Assembly: GCA_965242725.1 (NCBI GenBank)
Contig: CBDESZ010000017.1
Span: forward strand, 1 to 64,000
Direction of reading: 5' to 3'
Source of the DNA: Alkalispirochaeta sp.
Lineage (GTDB): Bacteria; Spirochaetota; Spirochaetia; DSM-27196; Alkalispirochaetaceae
DNA: 64,000 nt
Shown: in pieces, positions 10,378-19,350 of the stretch
How positions within the stretch are numbered: position 1 is the first letter of the stretch
How the letters are laid out: each line of letters opens with the position of its first letter
Position numbers and translations under genes: made by a program
Notes under the pieces: model-generated
Database searches by the model: none
What the model was told of the DNA's origin: nothing
The model's input: only the letters and a program-made list of their open reading frames with translations

Positions 10378-11625
10378 TTACTCCTCGCTCGCCGTATCGC
10401 CGTTCTGCAGTTCACTCAAGGGGGAAGGAGCGTTGGCGTCATCCGTACCTTTGCCCACCTCGGCAATGATGGCCGCACGACTGACCGCACCGAGAAAGGT
10501 TCCGTCCTCGTCAAGTATGGCGATGGGGTAATGGGTCTTGATTGCGGTGGTGAGAAGGTCTGAAACGGGCGTATGGGGGTGAGTGGTATAGACGTCATCG
10601 ATGATGATCGACGAGATGTCTTTCTCCCCCTTCTTCTTGAGTTCCAGCAGGTCATCGATGCGTACGACACCTTTGAGATGCCGATCCTGATCGGTGACAA
10701 ACACGGAGGAGATACCCTTCTGCTCCATGACGCGCATGGCGGCCTTGAGATCCTCCCGGGGATGGGTGATGCTCGCGGCGTGATATCCGATCGTGGAGGC
10801 GGTAATGACCTTTGTGCGATCCACGTTCTGCACGAATTTTTCAACATAGTCGTCCGCAGGCTTTGCCAGGATCTCTTCGGGAGTGCCGATCTGGCGCACC
10901 CGGCCGTCGGGGCCGAGAATTGCGATCCTGTCGCCGAGTTTCAACGCTTCATCGAGATCGTGGGTGATGAAGATGATCGTCTTGTGCATCCGCGCCTGGA
11001 GTTCCAGCAGCTCGTCCTGCATCTGTGTCCGGATGAGCGGGTCAAGCGCACTGAACGCCTCGTCCATGAGCAGAACTTCCGGGTCATTGGCGAGCGCCCT
11101 GGCGAGGCCTACCCGCTGCTGCATACCGCCGCTCAACTCGGAGGTGAGGCTGTTTTCAAATCCGTCGAGTCCGACGAGCTTAATGGCTTTCAGCGCCTTT
11201 TCCCGACGCTCCTCTTTATCCATTCCGCTGATTTCCAGACCGAACTCAACGTTATTGACGACGTTACGATGGGGAAGAAGACCGAAATTCTGAAAGACCA
11301 TGGACATCTTGTACCGCCGCGTCTCCCGCAGCTCGTTGTGGTCCATTTTCATGACGTCTTTTCCGTCGATGAGAATCTCACCCGCCGTCGGCTCGATAAG
11401 CCGATTGAGACAGCGAATAAAAGTCGATTTACCGCTTCCGGATAGTCCCATCACGACAAACGTTTCGCGCTTCTCGATTGAAAACGTTGCACCGTTTATC
11501 GCAATAGTACATCCGGTCTTCTTGAGAATATCACCTTTCGACATTCCCTCTTTAATGAGAGGGATCGCCCGCTTGGGGCTGGGACCGAATATTTTATAGA
11601 GGTCCCGAACTTCAATGAGTGCCAT
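10378..11625 (-). CDS. proV: Glycine betaine/proline ABC transporter ATP-binding protein with C-terminal CBS pair (ProV/OpuAA family)
   Basis: GLSGSGKST, LSGGMQQRVGLARAL, DEAFSALDPLIR, ITHDLDEA. Confidence 0.92.
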   Translation of the reverse strand: MALIEVRDLYKIFGPSPKRAIPLIKEGMSKGDILKKTGCTIAINGATFSIEKRETFVVMGLSGSGKSTFIRCLNRLIEPTAGEILIDGKDVMKMDHNELRETRRYKMSMVFQNFGLLPHRNVVNNVEFGLEISGMDKEERREKALKAIKLVGLDGFENSLTSELSGGMQQRVGLARALANDPEVLLMDEAFSALDPLIRTQMQDELLELQARMHKTIIFITHDLDEALKLGDRIAILGPDGRVRQIGTPEEILAKPADDYVEKFVQNVDRTKVITASTIGYHAASITHPREDLKAAMRVMEQKGISSVFVTDQDRHLKGVVRIDDLLELKKKGEKDISSIIIDDVYTTHPHTPVSDLLTTAIKTHYPIAILDEDGTFLGAVSRAAIIAEVGKGTDDANAPSPLSELQNGDTASEE

Positions 11626-11680
11626 ATACTTCCTTTACCTTGTATGTGGATTCCATTTGGTACATACCGATTCCTTACCT

Positions 11681-11735
11681 TTCAGTATACCATTACCGGG
11701 CGGGATCGCCCCTGTGGGCGATCCCGCCCTTTTTT
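11681..11735 (-). promoter_or_regulatory. Putative internal promoter for proV (extended -10 TG-G-TATACT) with a perfect 14-bp inverted repeat over the -35 region
   Basis: TATACT at 11684-11689 (minus strand); GGGCGGGATCGCCC-N4-GGGCGATCCCGCCC at 11698-11729. Confidence 0.5.
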
Positions 11736-11786
11736 CCCCCTGTTGCACAGCCGCTGCCGGTGGTGCATGGGGGACGCAGAAGACAC

Positions 11787-11810
11787 AAAAAAGGGGGCAT
11801 ACGCCCCCTT
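11787..11810 (-). terminator. Intrinsic terminator after the betaine-binding protein gene
   Basis: AAGGGGGC-N4-GCCCCCTT hairpin followed by a T run on the minus strand, about 18 nt after the stop. Confidence 0.7.
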
Positions 11811-11828
11811 CTGCACCACTACGGCGTC

Positions 11829-12737
11829 TTACATGCTGGGAATCCAGCTCTCCCAGACGTCCGGGTTTTCTTCCTTCCACTGCCGGGCAGCTTCAAGGGT
11901 GCTCATATTGGATTCTCTGATGGCGACCATGAGGGAACCAACCTGGGCGGTATCGAGTTCCATATTGTTAAGGAACGCCGCCAGTTCAGGCTTTTCCTCT
12001 TTCAGTCCGGTTCGGCCGATGATGTGAATGTCGTCGAGTCCCCAGATTTCCTCTTCATCCTGCTCGAGGATGGTGAGGTCGTAGTACCCGAACATTGAGT
12101 GGGGCTGCCAACCGAGGACGACGATGTATTCTTCATTCTGCACGGCGCTGTCGAGAGCGGCCATCATCGCAGGACCTGAGGAAGGTACAAGCTCGTAACC
12201 GGCTTCAACCAGACCGTAGGCAGGCATCGCCTCTTCTTCAGTGGTGATCATGAGACCGGCGCCGGCGTCAATCCCGGTAATCTGTCCGTTCAGCTGATCA
12301 ACAACTTCAGGATCGCGAAGGTCCGAAAGGGCGGTCACGCCGTCGTCGGCCATATACTGGGGAACGACAAGACCACTGACCGCGTCTTCATAGACAATTC
12401 CTATGTCTACAAGATCGTCGCCAAGTTCTTCCATATAGCTCGCGTGCAGACCGGGAAGCCATGCTTCCATGAAGGCATCGTAGTCACCGGCGGCAACCGA
12501 CGCATAGGCGGGACCGACGTCGGCGGCGGTGATCGTAACGTCGTAGCCCATTTCGTCTTCAAGAATTGCCTGTACAAGATGAGTGTACGCTACGCCTTCT
12601 TCCCAGTTGACGTATGCAAGGCGGGCCGTCTTGTCCATGCTTTCGGCGCCGCCGCTTTCCTGCTGACCTTCCGCAAATGCGAAGGCTGCCACTGCCATCA
12701 GCATGACGGCGAGAATAATTCGACTCATATTCTTCAT
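11829..12737 (-). CDS. proX: Glycine betaine ABC substrate-binding protein (ProX/OpuAC family)
   Basis: Signal peptide; YVNWEEG, EAWLP, ITGIDAGAG, GWQPH (Trp cage). Confidence 0.88.
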   Translation of the reverse strand: MKNMSRIILAVMLMAVAAFAFAEGQQESGGAESMDKTARLAYVNWEEGVAYTHLVQAILEDEMGYDVTITAADVGPAYASVAAGDYDAFMEAWLPGLHASYMEELGDDLVDIGIVYEDAVSGLVVPQYMADDGVTALSDLRDPEVVDQLNGQITGIDAGAGLMITTEEEAMPAYGLVEAGYELVPSSGPAMMAALDSAVQNEEYIVVLGWQPHSMFGYYDLTILEQDEEEIWGLDDIHIIGRTGLKEEKPELAAFLNNMELDTAQVGSLMVAIRESNMSTLEAARQWKEENPDVWESWIPSM

Positions 12738-12812
12738 ATAAAACTCCTTTATATAGTTTTTCTCTCTAAATCAGTGCGTCATTTGTGCACAACTCTGTTG
12801 CGTTACAACTAA

Positions 12813-12841
12813 ACGATAAGAAACCAGGAATTGAATGTCAA
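12813..12841 (-). promoter_or_regulatory. Sigma70-type promoter for proX
   Basis: TTGACA (12841-12836), 17-nt spacer, TATCGT (12818-12813). Confidence 0.65.
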
Positions 12842-13073
12842 GTATTTTATAGCTTGCTAAGTAATTTTCCAGTGGTATTTTCGGCGTCGAAAACGTAAAA
12901 ACACTCATGAGTAATTCATAATTATATATATATTATGTATTTACGGGAGATCGAGTTCGTTTTTTTGACAAATATAATTCAGTAACTGGAACAATTTTAA
13001 TTATGATACGAATTTACCGCGCTCTAATATCAACGGCCGTTGCCGATCCCGCGGTTGTGTGGTAATAACAGTC

Positions 13074-13670
13074 ATGCGACTGGCGTGTCTTGATCTTGAA
13101 GGTGTACTGGTACCGGAAATCTGGCAAAATGTTGCCCGCCGTACGGGCATCGAGGAATTACAACTCACCACACGGGATATTCCCGATTACCACAAACTGA
13201 TGAAATATCGCCTTGATATTCTGGACCGGCACGGGATTACCCTCCCGACGATCCAGGATGTGATAGCCGGAATGACTCCGCTGTCGGGGGCCCTTGAATT
13301 TGTGAACCGCGTGCGGGAGACGATGCAGTTTGTGCTCCTCTCAGATACCTTTGAAGAGTTTGCGGCACCCCTGATGCGGCAGCTTGGATACCCGACGCTT
13401 TTCTGCAACTCCCTGGAGGTAGATGAGGGAAGCGGCCGTATCGCCGGATACCGCCTGCGTCAGGAGAACGGCAAGTATCACGCCGTACGCGCATTTCGCG
13501 CCATCGGATTTGAGGTGTACGCCGCGGGCGATTCATACAACGACCTGGCGATGATCAGGGAGGCGGAGAAAGGCGCTTTTTTCACCCCGCCCGCATCGAT
13601 CGTCGACGAAAACCCGGACGTACCGGTTTGCCGTACCTACGATGAACTCTTTGAGTTCCTTTCACGGTGA
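13074..13670 (+). CDS. thrH: Phosphoserine phosphatase / homoserine phosphotransferase (HAD family)
   Basis: ACLDLEGVLVPEIW, TTRDIPDY, LSDTF, AAGDSYND. Confidence 0.9.
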   Translation: MRLACLDLEGVLVPEIWQNVARRTGIEELQLTTRDIPDYHKLMKYRLDILDRHGITLPTIQDVIAGMTPLSGALEFVNRVRETMQFVLLSDTFEEFAAPLMRQLGYPTLFCNSLEVDEGSGRIAGYRLRQENGKYHAVRAFRAIGFEVYAAGDSYNDLAMIREAEKGAFFTPPASIVDENPDVPVCRTYDELFEFLSR

Positions 13671-13707
13671 GAAATGAGCCGTCCGAACCCTTCAGTACCG
13701 GCGGATC

Positions 13708-14499
13708 CTAGTCCGCGGTATCCCCATCCGGTGCAGGCTCACCAAGGTTCCTTATTTGCAGGGCGAGACGATAGTAGTCGACGGCGCCTTCACTCCGCAG
13801 CTGATGCTGAAAAATCGTTCTCCCGTTGCCCGGTGCTTCGGCGAGGGAACGGTTGTGATGAATCGGGGTCAAAATGAGTTTTTTCCCGAGCCGGTCCGAC
13901 AGCTCATCAAGGAGACGCTGGGAGGTTGAAGCTCCCCGGTCGTAAAAGGTCGGAATCAGGCCCCGCACCTCAAGCCCCGGATTGTAGACGCGACGTATTT
14001 TTTCAACGAGCTCGACAATTTCTATCATCCCTTCAGTGGCGAGAAAATGGGCCTGCATCGGGACGTACGCTTCCGTCGCCGCAACGAGGGCGGCTACCGT
14101 CAGGAGCTGAGTCGTCGGCGGGGTGTCAAAGACGACATAGTCAAAGGTGTCCATAACGCCCGAGAGGTGACGCCGCATAAGCAGCCGTGCGTCCTTGTTG
14201 TTTGCATATTTTCTCTCAAAGACCGCCAGCTTCCGACTCGCCGGCAGCACGCTCAATCGGGGCGTCACCGTTGACTGCAGGGCGTCGGCCGCGGGGATCT
14301 TCCCTTCAAGGACGTGACTCACGTCGTAGGTGACGCGGGAGAGGGACAGACCGAGAGACATCGTTGCATGCGCCTGGGGGTCCGTATCGATAACGAGCAC
14401 CCGGTATTTCATGTGGGCAAGGGCGGCGGCAACGTTCACCGTGGTCGTCGTCTTACCGCACCCTCCCTTTCGGTTGGTGAATACAAGGCGCCGGCTCAT
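13708..14499 (-). CDS. ParA/Soj-family ATPase (orphan)
   Basis: Start re-called at ATG 14499; NRKGGCGKTTT deviant Walker A, DTDPQAHAT, FDTPP, LAEAP. Confidence 0.9.
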   Translation of the reverse strand: MSRRLVFTNRKGGCGKTTTTVNVAAALAHMKYRVLVIDTDPQAHATMSLGLSLSRVTYDVSHVLEGKIPAADALQSTVTPRLSVLPASRKLAVFERKYANNKDARLLMRRHLSGVMDTFDYVVFDTPPTTQLLTVAALVAATEAYVPMQAHFLATEGMIEIVELVEKIRRVYNPGLEVRGLIPTFYDRGASTSQRLLDELSDRLGKKLILTPIHHNRSLAEAPGNGRTIFQHQLRSEGAVDYYRLALQIRNLGEPAPDGDTAD

Positions 14500-16584
14500 A
14501 CGGCGGCTCCGTGGAGATTTCGTCAAGAATATGGCGGGTAATTGCGTACAAAGGGGGAACTCCTTCCGATTTTTCCAATGGCGCTGCGAGGTTTGAGTGA
14601 GTCTGAAGGGGTAAATCGGAAACATAATAGAAGAACCGGAAGGCCACATCCCTGCTTATCACTCCGAGCTGACCGGATTCAACGATTCCGCGATAGTAGT
14701 GAGTACCTTCCATCTCTATTCCGATAACATCCCATATTTGTCGGTAGAAATTGAGCATTTGCCGGTTTTGCAGCAGTGTGCCGTCGACGGTCAGAAGGGG
14801 ACCCCGATGAACATCACCTGCGGGATAGCGTCGCATGAGCCGGTCCGCCCAGGTATCACCATTGTCATCGGAACCGGCCGCCTCAGGAAGGGGCTGAAAG
14901 AAATCACTGTGCTGCTCGACAAAGGCCGTCGGGGCGAGAATATCACCGCGTTTCCCGACCAGAGCTCCGGCCTTCCCGAGGAAATTGACGCTCTTTACAT
15001 TCTCCCCGAAGAGCATAAGCAGATTGCGGATCACATATTCCGCCTGCTCCCCGAATGCGTAATCGATATTGACTATATAGTCCCGGCCACCGCCGTTGCG
15101 GGGAAAGGGACGGATCCCGGGATCTATGGGCCGGGTAATTTGAGAAAGGTCGATGAGCTGCACCTGGATCCCGGTGCTTGCGGTATGGTTCAGGCGGTAT
15201 TGGCCCGCCTCCCGTGCGCTCCTTGTAAATGCCGTCAGCTCCTCCGGACGGGCGACGAAGTAGTCCGGCAGCGCCGCATACACCATGTCCTGCTCATCGT
15301 TCCACTCCGAACTTCCGACGGGATGCCCCGTCCGGCGTATCCACTGGACCACCTCATTCCGGGACTCGCCGACCCAGGGATTGAGACAGTTTGTCACCGA
15401 GTGGGTATTGCTGCTGACGATGTGTATGTTCCGGTCTTCCGGAAGGTCGCTGGGATCGAATCCGGTAACCTCCCGGGACATCCCCGCCACCGCGGAGGTC
15501 CACAGCTCGTTCCGCCTGGCGTTGTAGTTGCGTTCCCTTCGGCGGACGTCTATTGAAAACATCTCCCGGTGGCGGGTGATTTCGGATACCCGCCGCGCCG
15601 TTTCATCGCCCCAGACCTCCAGCAGGTGATCGACTTCCCGGGAGCTGAAGGCGAGGGTGTTCAGAAAGGCTCTCACCTCTTCCAGAGGCGCGGAGTCCGT
15701 CCCGGAAGACTCCTCAGGGCGTCGCATGGTACGTACAAAGTGATCCAACCGATGGAGAGCGCCGTCCCGGACCATCCGCTCCCGGATCTTCCTCGCCTCG
15801 ACGGCGTAGAGACAGAGACAGGTGACCAGATCGATGAGATCCGAGTCGCCGCTCCGCAACAGCACGAGGTTTTTACCCGGCAGAACCTCCCATATGTCCC
15901 GCCGTCGCGCCACGGTGGGGACGGACTGAAAGAAGAGATCCCCCTCGTCGAAGGGCTCCGCCAGCTCGTCGACAAGAAGGAACGCAAACGTTGCAGTCAC
16001 GTTGGCGGGCAACCGGCGCACGGCATACTGAAGGGCGGGAAAATCGATCTTGCGGACTTCCCCTACTCCCGGATGGAGCGCCGGCTGGAGCTGCCGATAG
16101 AGCGGCATGAGACGGGGAACACTGATCTGCCCCTCGCCGGCCTCGTGAATAAGCTGCGTCTTGAAGCGCTCAAAGGCGGCAAAGATGCCCTGATTGTTCC
16201 GCAGGGTGGACCCGAATCCCTGGGCGAAGGTGGGCGACTCCTGGAGGAGAGAGCGAAAACGTTCGCCCGAAAGGGCGTAGCAGACGCAGTCGGTTCGGGC
16301 GCGGACACTGAAAATACGGGGCTCCTGAAAAACCGCCTCCCACTCCCCGAAAAAATGGTTTGCCCGGATGACGGTAACGATCTCTTCCGGGGTCTTCCGC
16401 GGATCAAATACCTCCACACCTCCCGACTCGACAAGGTAGACCGACTGGTCGTTGTCATGCCGCCGGAAGACCACTTCACCCTGTCGAAAAAGCCGCTTTT
16501 CAGCGTGCTGCGCCAGCTCGTCTCGCTGGTATGGCGGAGAAAACGGAAAGGATGTATCCGTTGCAACAGGGAAGCGACGTCCAT
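14453..16584 (-). CDS. cNMP-binding domain fused to a DUF6909-like / nucleoside-phosphorylase-fold domain (one apparent 1-nt deletion near 16536)
   Basis: N-terminus MDVASLLQRIHPFRFL (frame of ORF 16063..16584) joins PYQRDELAQHAE (frame of ORF 14453..16903); cNMP cassette FGEWEAVFQEPR; C-terminal HIVSSNTHSV, GKAGAL..RGDI, IGIEMEG, YYVSDLP. Confidence 0.75.
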
Positions 16585-17579
16585 CAGCCCATCGTATCAC
16601 GGAGGGGTGGAAGTGAAAAACTGCGCTGCCACGGCGGCGGAATAGAAAGCTGTGTCGTGATTCGGGAGAGGATATTCCAGCCGTCGATATAGCTGAATCC
16701 CTCGCACAGATCGAGAAGGCTATGCAGGTCGGGAACGGACGGGTCGAAGTTGAACCTGCAGATCGGATGCTCCACGAGACCGCGAATTTGCGCCCCCGAG
16801 AGGCCCCTGCCGGCGAGAAATGCCCCGAAGGAGCTCGCCTCCACGCCGAGACGTGATCCGTCACGATCGAGGAGGTAGTCGCGGCTGTCCAGAAGCTGTT
16901 CAAAGGGACTCCGTGACATGTGTACCGCCCGTGCGATGGGCATACCGCGACGCAGGAGGCTTCCCTTCACGAGTTCAGCCTGCATGCGCGCCGCCAGTTC
17001 GAAGAAATAATTATATCCCATGGATGTACGGAAGGTCATGACGGCGATGTCCGTCCCGGCGTTGTTCTTGTGGAGCAGAGCGGGTATGTCGTAATTGACG
17101 ATCCACAGGTCGCCGTATTTCTTGACGACCTGACCGGCGATCCGGACGACGGCGCGTTCCTCGACCCACAGCGCAAAAAGCTCCTCCGGCTGCCATCCAA
17201 AGCGGCGAAGCGCGTCAAATGCACCGATAACCTTCTGCCCGTCAAAGGATTCCCCGTAAAAATCGGAGAACTGCCGGCGCATTTCCGGGGAAAATACGGA
17301 CCCGCCGTGGACGGCAAAGTACAGGCGGACGGCGTAGTGATGCTCCACTACCTGCCGTCTGATCATATCTTCACCTGGAATATTGGCCATATAGACCAGC
17401 TCGATATCGGCGTTGTCCTGCCGGCAGTCCCGAATCAGTTTAAGAATTCTGCTCTCAACGGCGACGCCGTTTGACTCGGGACGCAGGTACATGAAGACAT
17501 CGAGAATTTCCGGCCGGGGATCAGGGCCGCCATAGGGTACGAGTATCTTGGGCTTATGTGCCTTTTTTACCTCCGCCAC
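16584..17579 (-). CDS. Hypothetical protein, divergent nucleoside-diphosphate-kinase-like fold
   Basis: Probable GTG start at 17579 overlapping the pheT end; VFMYLRPE (cf. NDK T-hhh-IKPD) and AVHMSRSPFE (cf. N-x-x-HGSD). Confidence 0.55.
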   Translation of the reverse strand: MAEVKKAHKPKILVPYGGPDPRPEILDVFMYLRPESNGVAVESRILKLIRDCRQDNADIELVYMANIPGEDMIRRQVVEHHYAVRLYFAVHGGSVFSPEMRRQFSDFYGESFDGQKVIGAFDALRRFGWQPEELFALWVEERAVVRIAGQVVKKYGDLWIVNYDIPALLHKNNAGTDIAVMTFRTSMGYNYFFELAARMQAELVKGSLLRRGMPIARAVHMSRSPFEQLLDSRDYLLDRDGSRLGVEASSFGAFLAGRGLSGAQIRGLVEHPICRFNFDPSVPDLHSLLDLCEGFSYIDGWNILSRITTQLSIPPPWQRSFSLPPLRDTMG

Positions 17580-19339
17580 GGTGTTCCAACAACCTTTCCA
17601 GGTCCAGTTCTCCGGCGGTGCACGGAACCTGAATACCCCACCCCTCCAACACACGGGGGTGGACTTCACCGAACACGCCAAAGACCGTCTGTGGGTCACT
17701 TTTTTTACCACCCGACGGGGCGACGATTTCCGCGGCCCTGCCCGGTATGAAGCGGGAGTCCCGAACTTCCCTCAGTTCATACTCCCGTCCCAGGTAAAAA
17801 AGTATAGCAGATATGTGGGAATTTATCATGTTGAAGCCCGCCTCACGGTCGGCACTGAGAAATCCCATGGTGGTCATAGTCGCCGTTCCGGTCACGTCCC
17901 GTTCATCCCGGAGAGCGGTCTTTCCCACCTCAAAAATGTGGTGCGGATAGACCGCATTGCCGCTCACCGCCTCCGACGACAGAAGGGAGGGAAGGATTGA
18001 CGGTCTGACAAACTCATAATTCTCACTCATGGGGTTGGCGATGCGTACCGCCTGTGCATACGCGTTTTCCCGTTCATCTTCGTCATACATGAGGTCTATG
18101 TATTCACGGCCCGATCCCAGGTAGTTGAAGATCATTTCCTGAAAGCCGAGACCGACCATCGTTGATTTGACACGTCGGGTGAACTCTTCCACAGGGGTCA
18201 GACGACCCACGGTAAAGTCACGGGGCATCTCGGGGGTGAAGCTTTCCATGCTCCGTCCGATCATGACGTCTTCGACGATGTCGACGGCGTGGAGAAAGTC
18301 ATTTCGATATTCCGGCACCCGAATGAGAACACGGGTGTCACCTGAGGCGTCCGTTTCCGTTGCGGCGATTCCCATGCGGTGCAGTGCCTGTATAACCTCA
18401 TCAGTCGTGAGAGATTCACCGAGGAGTGCGTTGATTTTCGCTCATGGCGGCGGATTGGGGCTTCTGGAAGTAGTATGGAACGGTCAGGTTCTTTCCGTAC
18501 GGTGTGTCATAGGGGTATTTCCACCTGTACCGGCTCCACGGTGTAACCCATATCGGTTACGTCGCAGGCGACGATGGAGGCGGCGTGGAGCAGGGATTCG
18601 AGATCACTGCCGGTAAGTTCGATGAAAAGAGCGGTATCCCCTTCCTGAACGGCACCGATGGAGGCGCTGTTGATGACGGGGGGAAAACTCAGCACATCAC
18701 CCTCGTCGTCGGTAAGAATCGGAAAGAGGGGCATATCCGCCACGATATGGCCGTATTCCTGCCCCCTTGGGATGCTCCTTGATGATCTCCCGCATCGAAA
18801 GCTCTCGCTCAAACTGCAGCGGAACGAATCGAGTCTCATCGGGATCCACCGCCTTGTAGTGCACGGGGTAGGTGATGAGATCCGAGCGGTAGACTCCCAT
18901 GGCGATGGAACGGCGTTTGCGACCGTAGTTCCAGGTGAGCTTCTCCTGCGTCTGAATGAGGTCCTTGAGCATCGCCTCCGAAACGGGGCGTCCCGTCATG
19001 ACGAAGCCGACGACCCAGGGCCTGATCTTCTGTACCGACCGGTCCACGACGACCCGACGCTCCCCGTGTTCTCTCCGGACGGAGGCGTCGGAAAAGAAGG
19101 GATACCTGGGGGCGTCGCCGCCGCGGTATATTCTCAGTTGTCGCGCCAGCCCGGCGGTGGACCACAGATCGGGTCGGTTTGTGTCATTGAGCTCCACCTT
19201 CATGATCCCGTCGGCGTCGGCGGGTTCGTCGAGCTCCGCCTTTGCGGCGGGGAAAGAGCGCTTCAAGCTGTTCATCTTTTATCGAACGGATGCCCATGGC
19301 GTCGAGCAGCACGTCGCGGAAAACTTCAATTTTCGGCAT
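17554..19339 (-). CDS. pheT: Phenylalanine-tRNA ligase beta subunit, archaeal/spirochete short type (four apparent +1 homopolymer errors)
   Basis: MPKIEV start at 19339; ELNDTNRPDLWS, QEKL..NYGRKR, LSFPPVINS, YRNDFLHAVDIVEDV, NPMSENY, FGEVHP distributed over successive frames. Confidence 0.9.
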
Positions 19340-19350
19340 AACTTGTCTCC

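Noticed and set aside
12738..12812. c-di-AMP (ydaO) riboswitch upstream of the betaine operon
   Set aside because: The predicted leader is only about 70 nt and lacks the motif.
16585..16903. N-terminal extension of the 816-aa ORF (MNSFWTAA...)
   Set aside because: It overlaps the upstream gene out of frame; the real start is ATG 16584 joined through a frameshift.
13708..17579. Module as an anti-phage defence island
   Set aside because: Composition looks like the host, there are no mobile or defence neighbours, and it is coupled to pheST. Not excluded, but unsupported.
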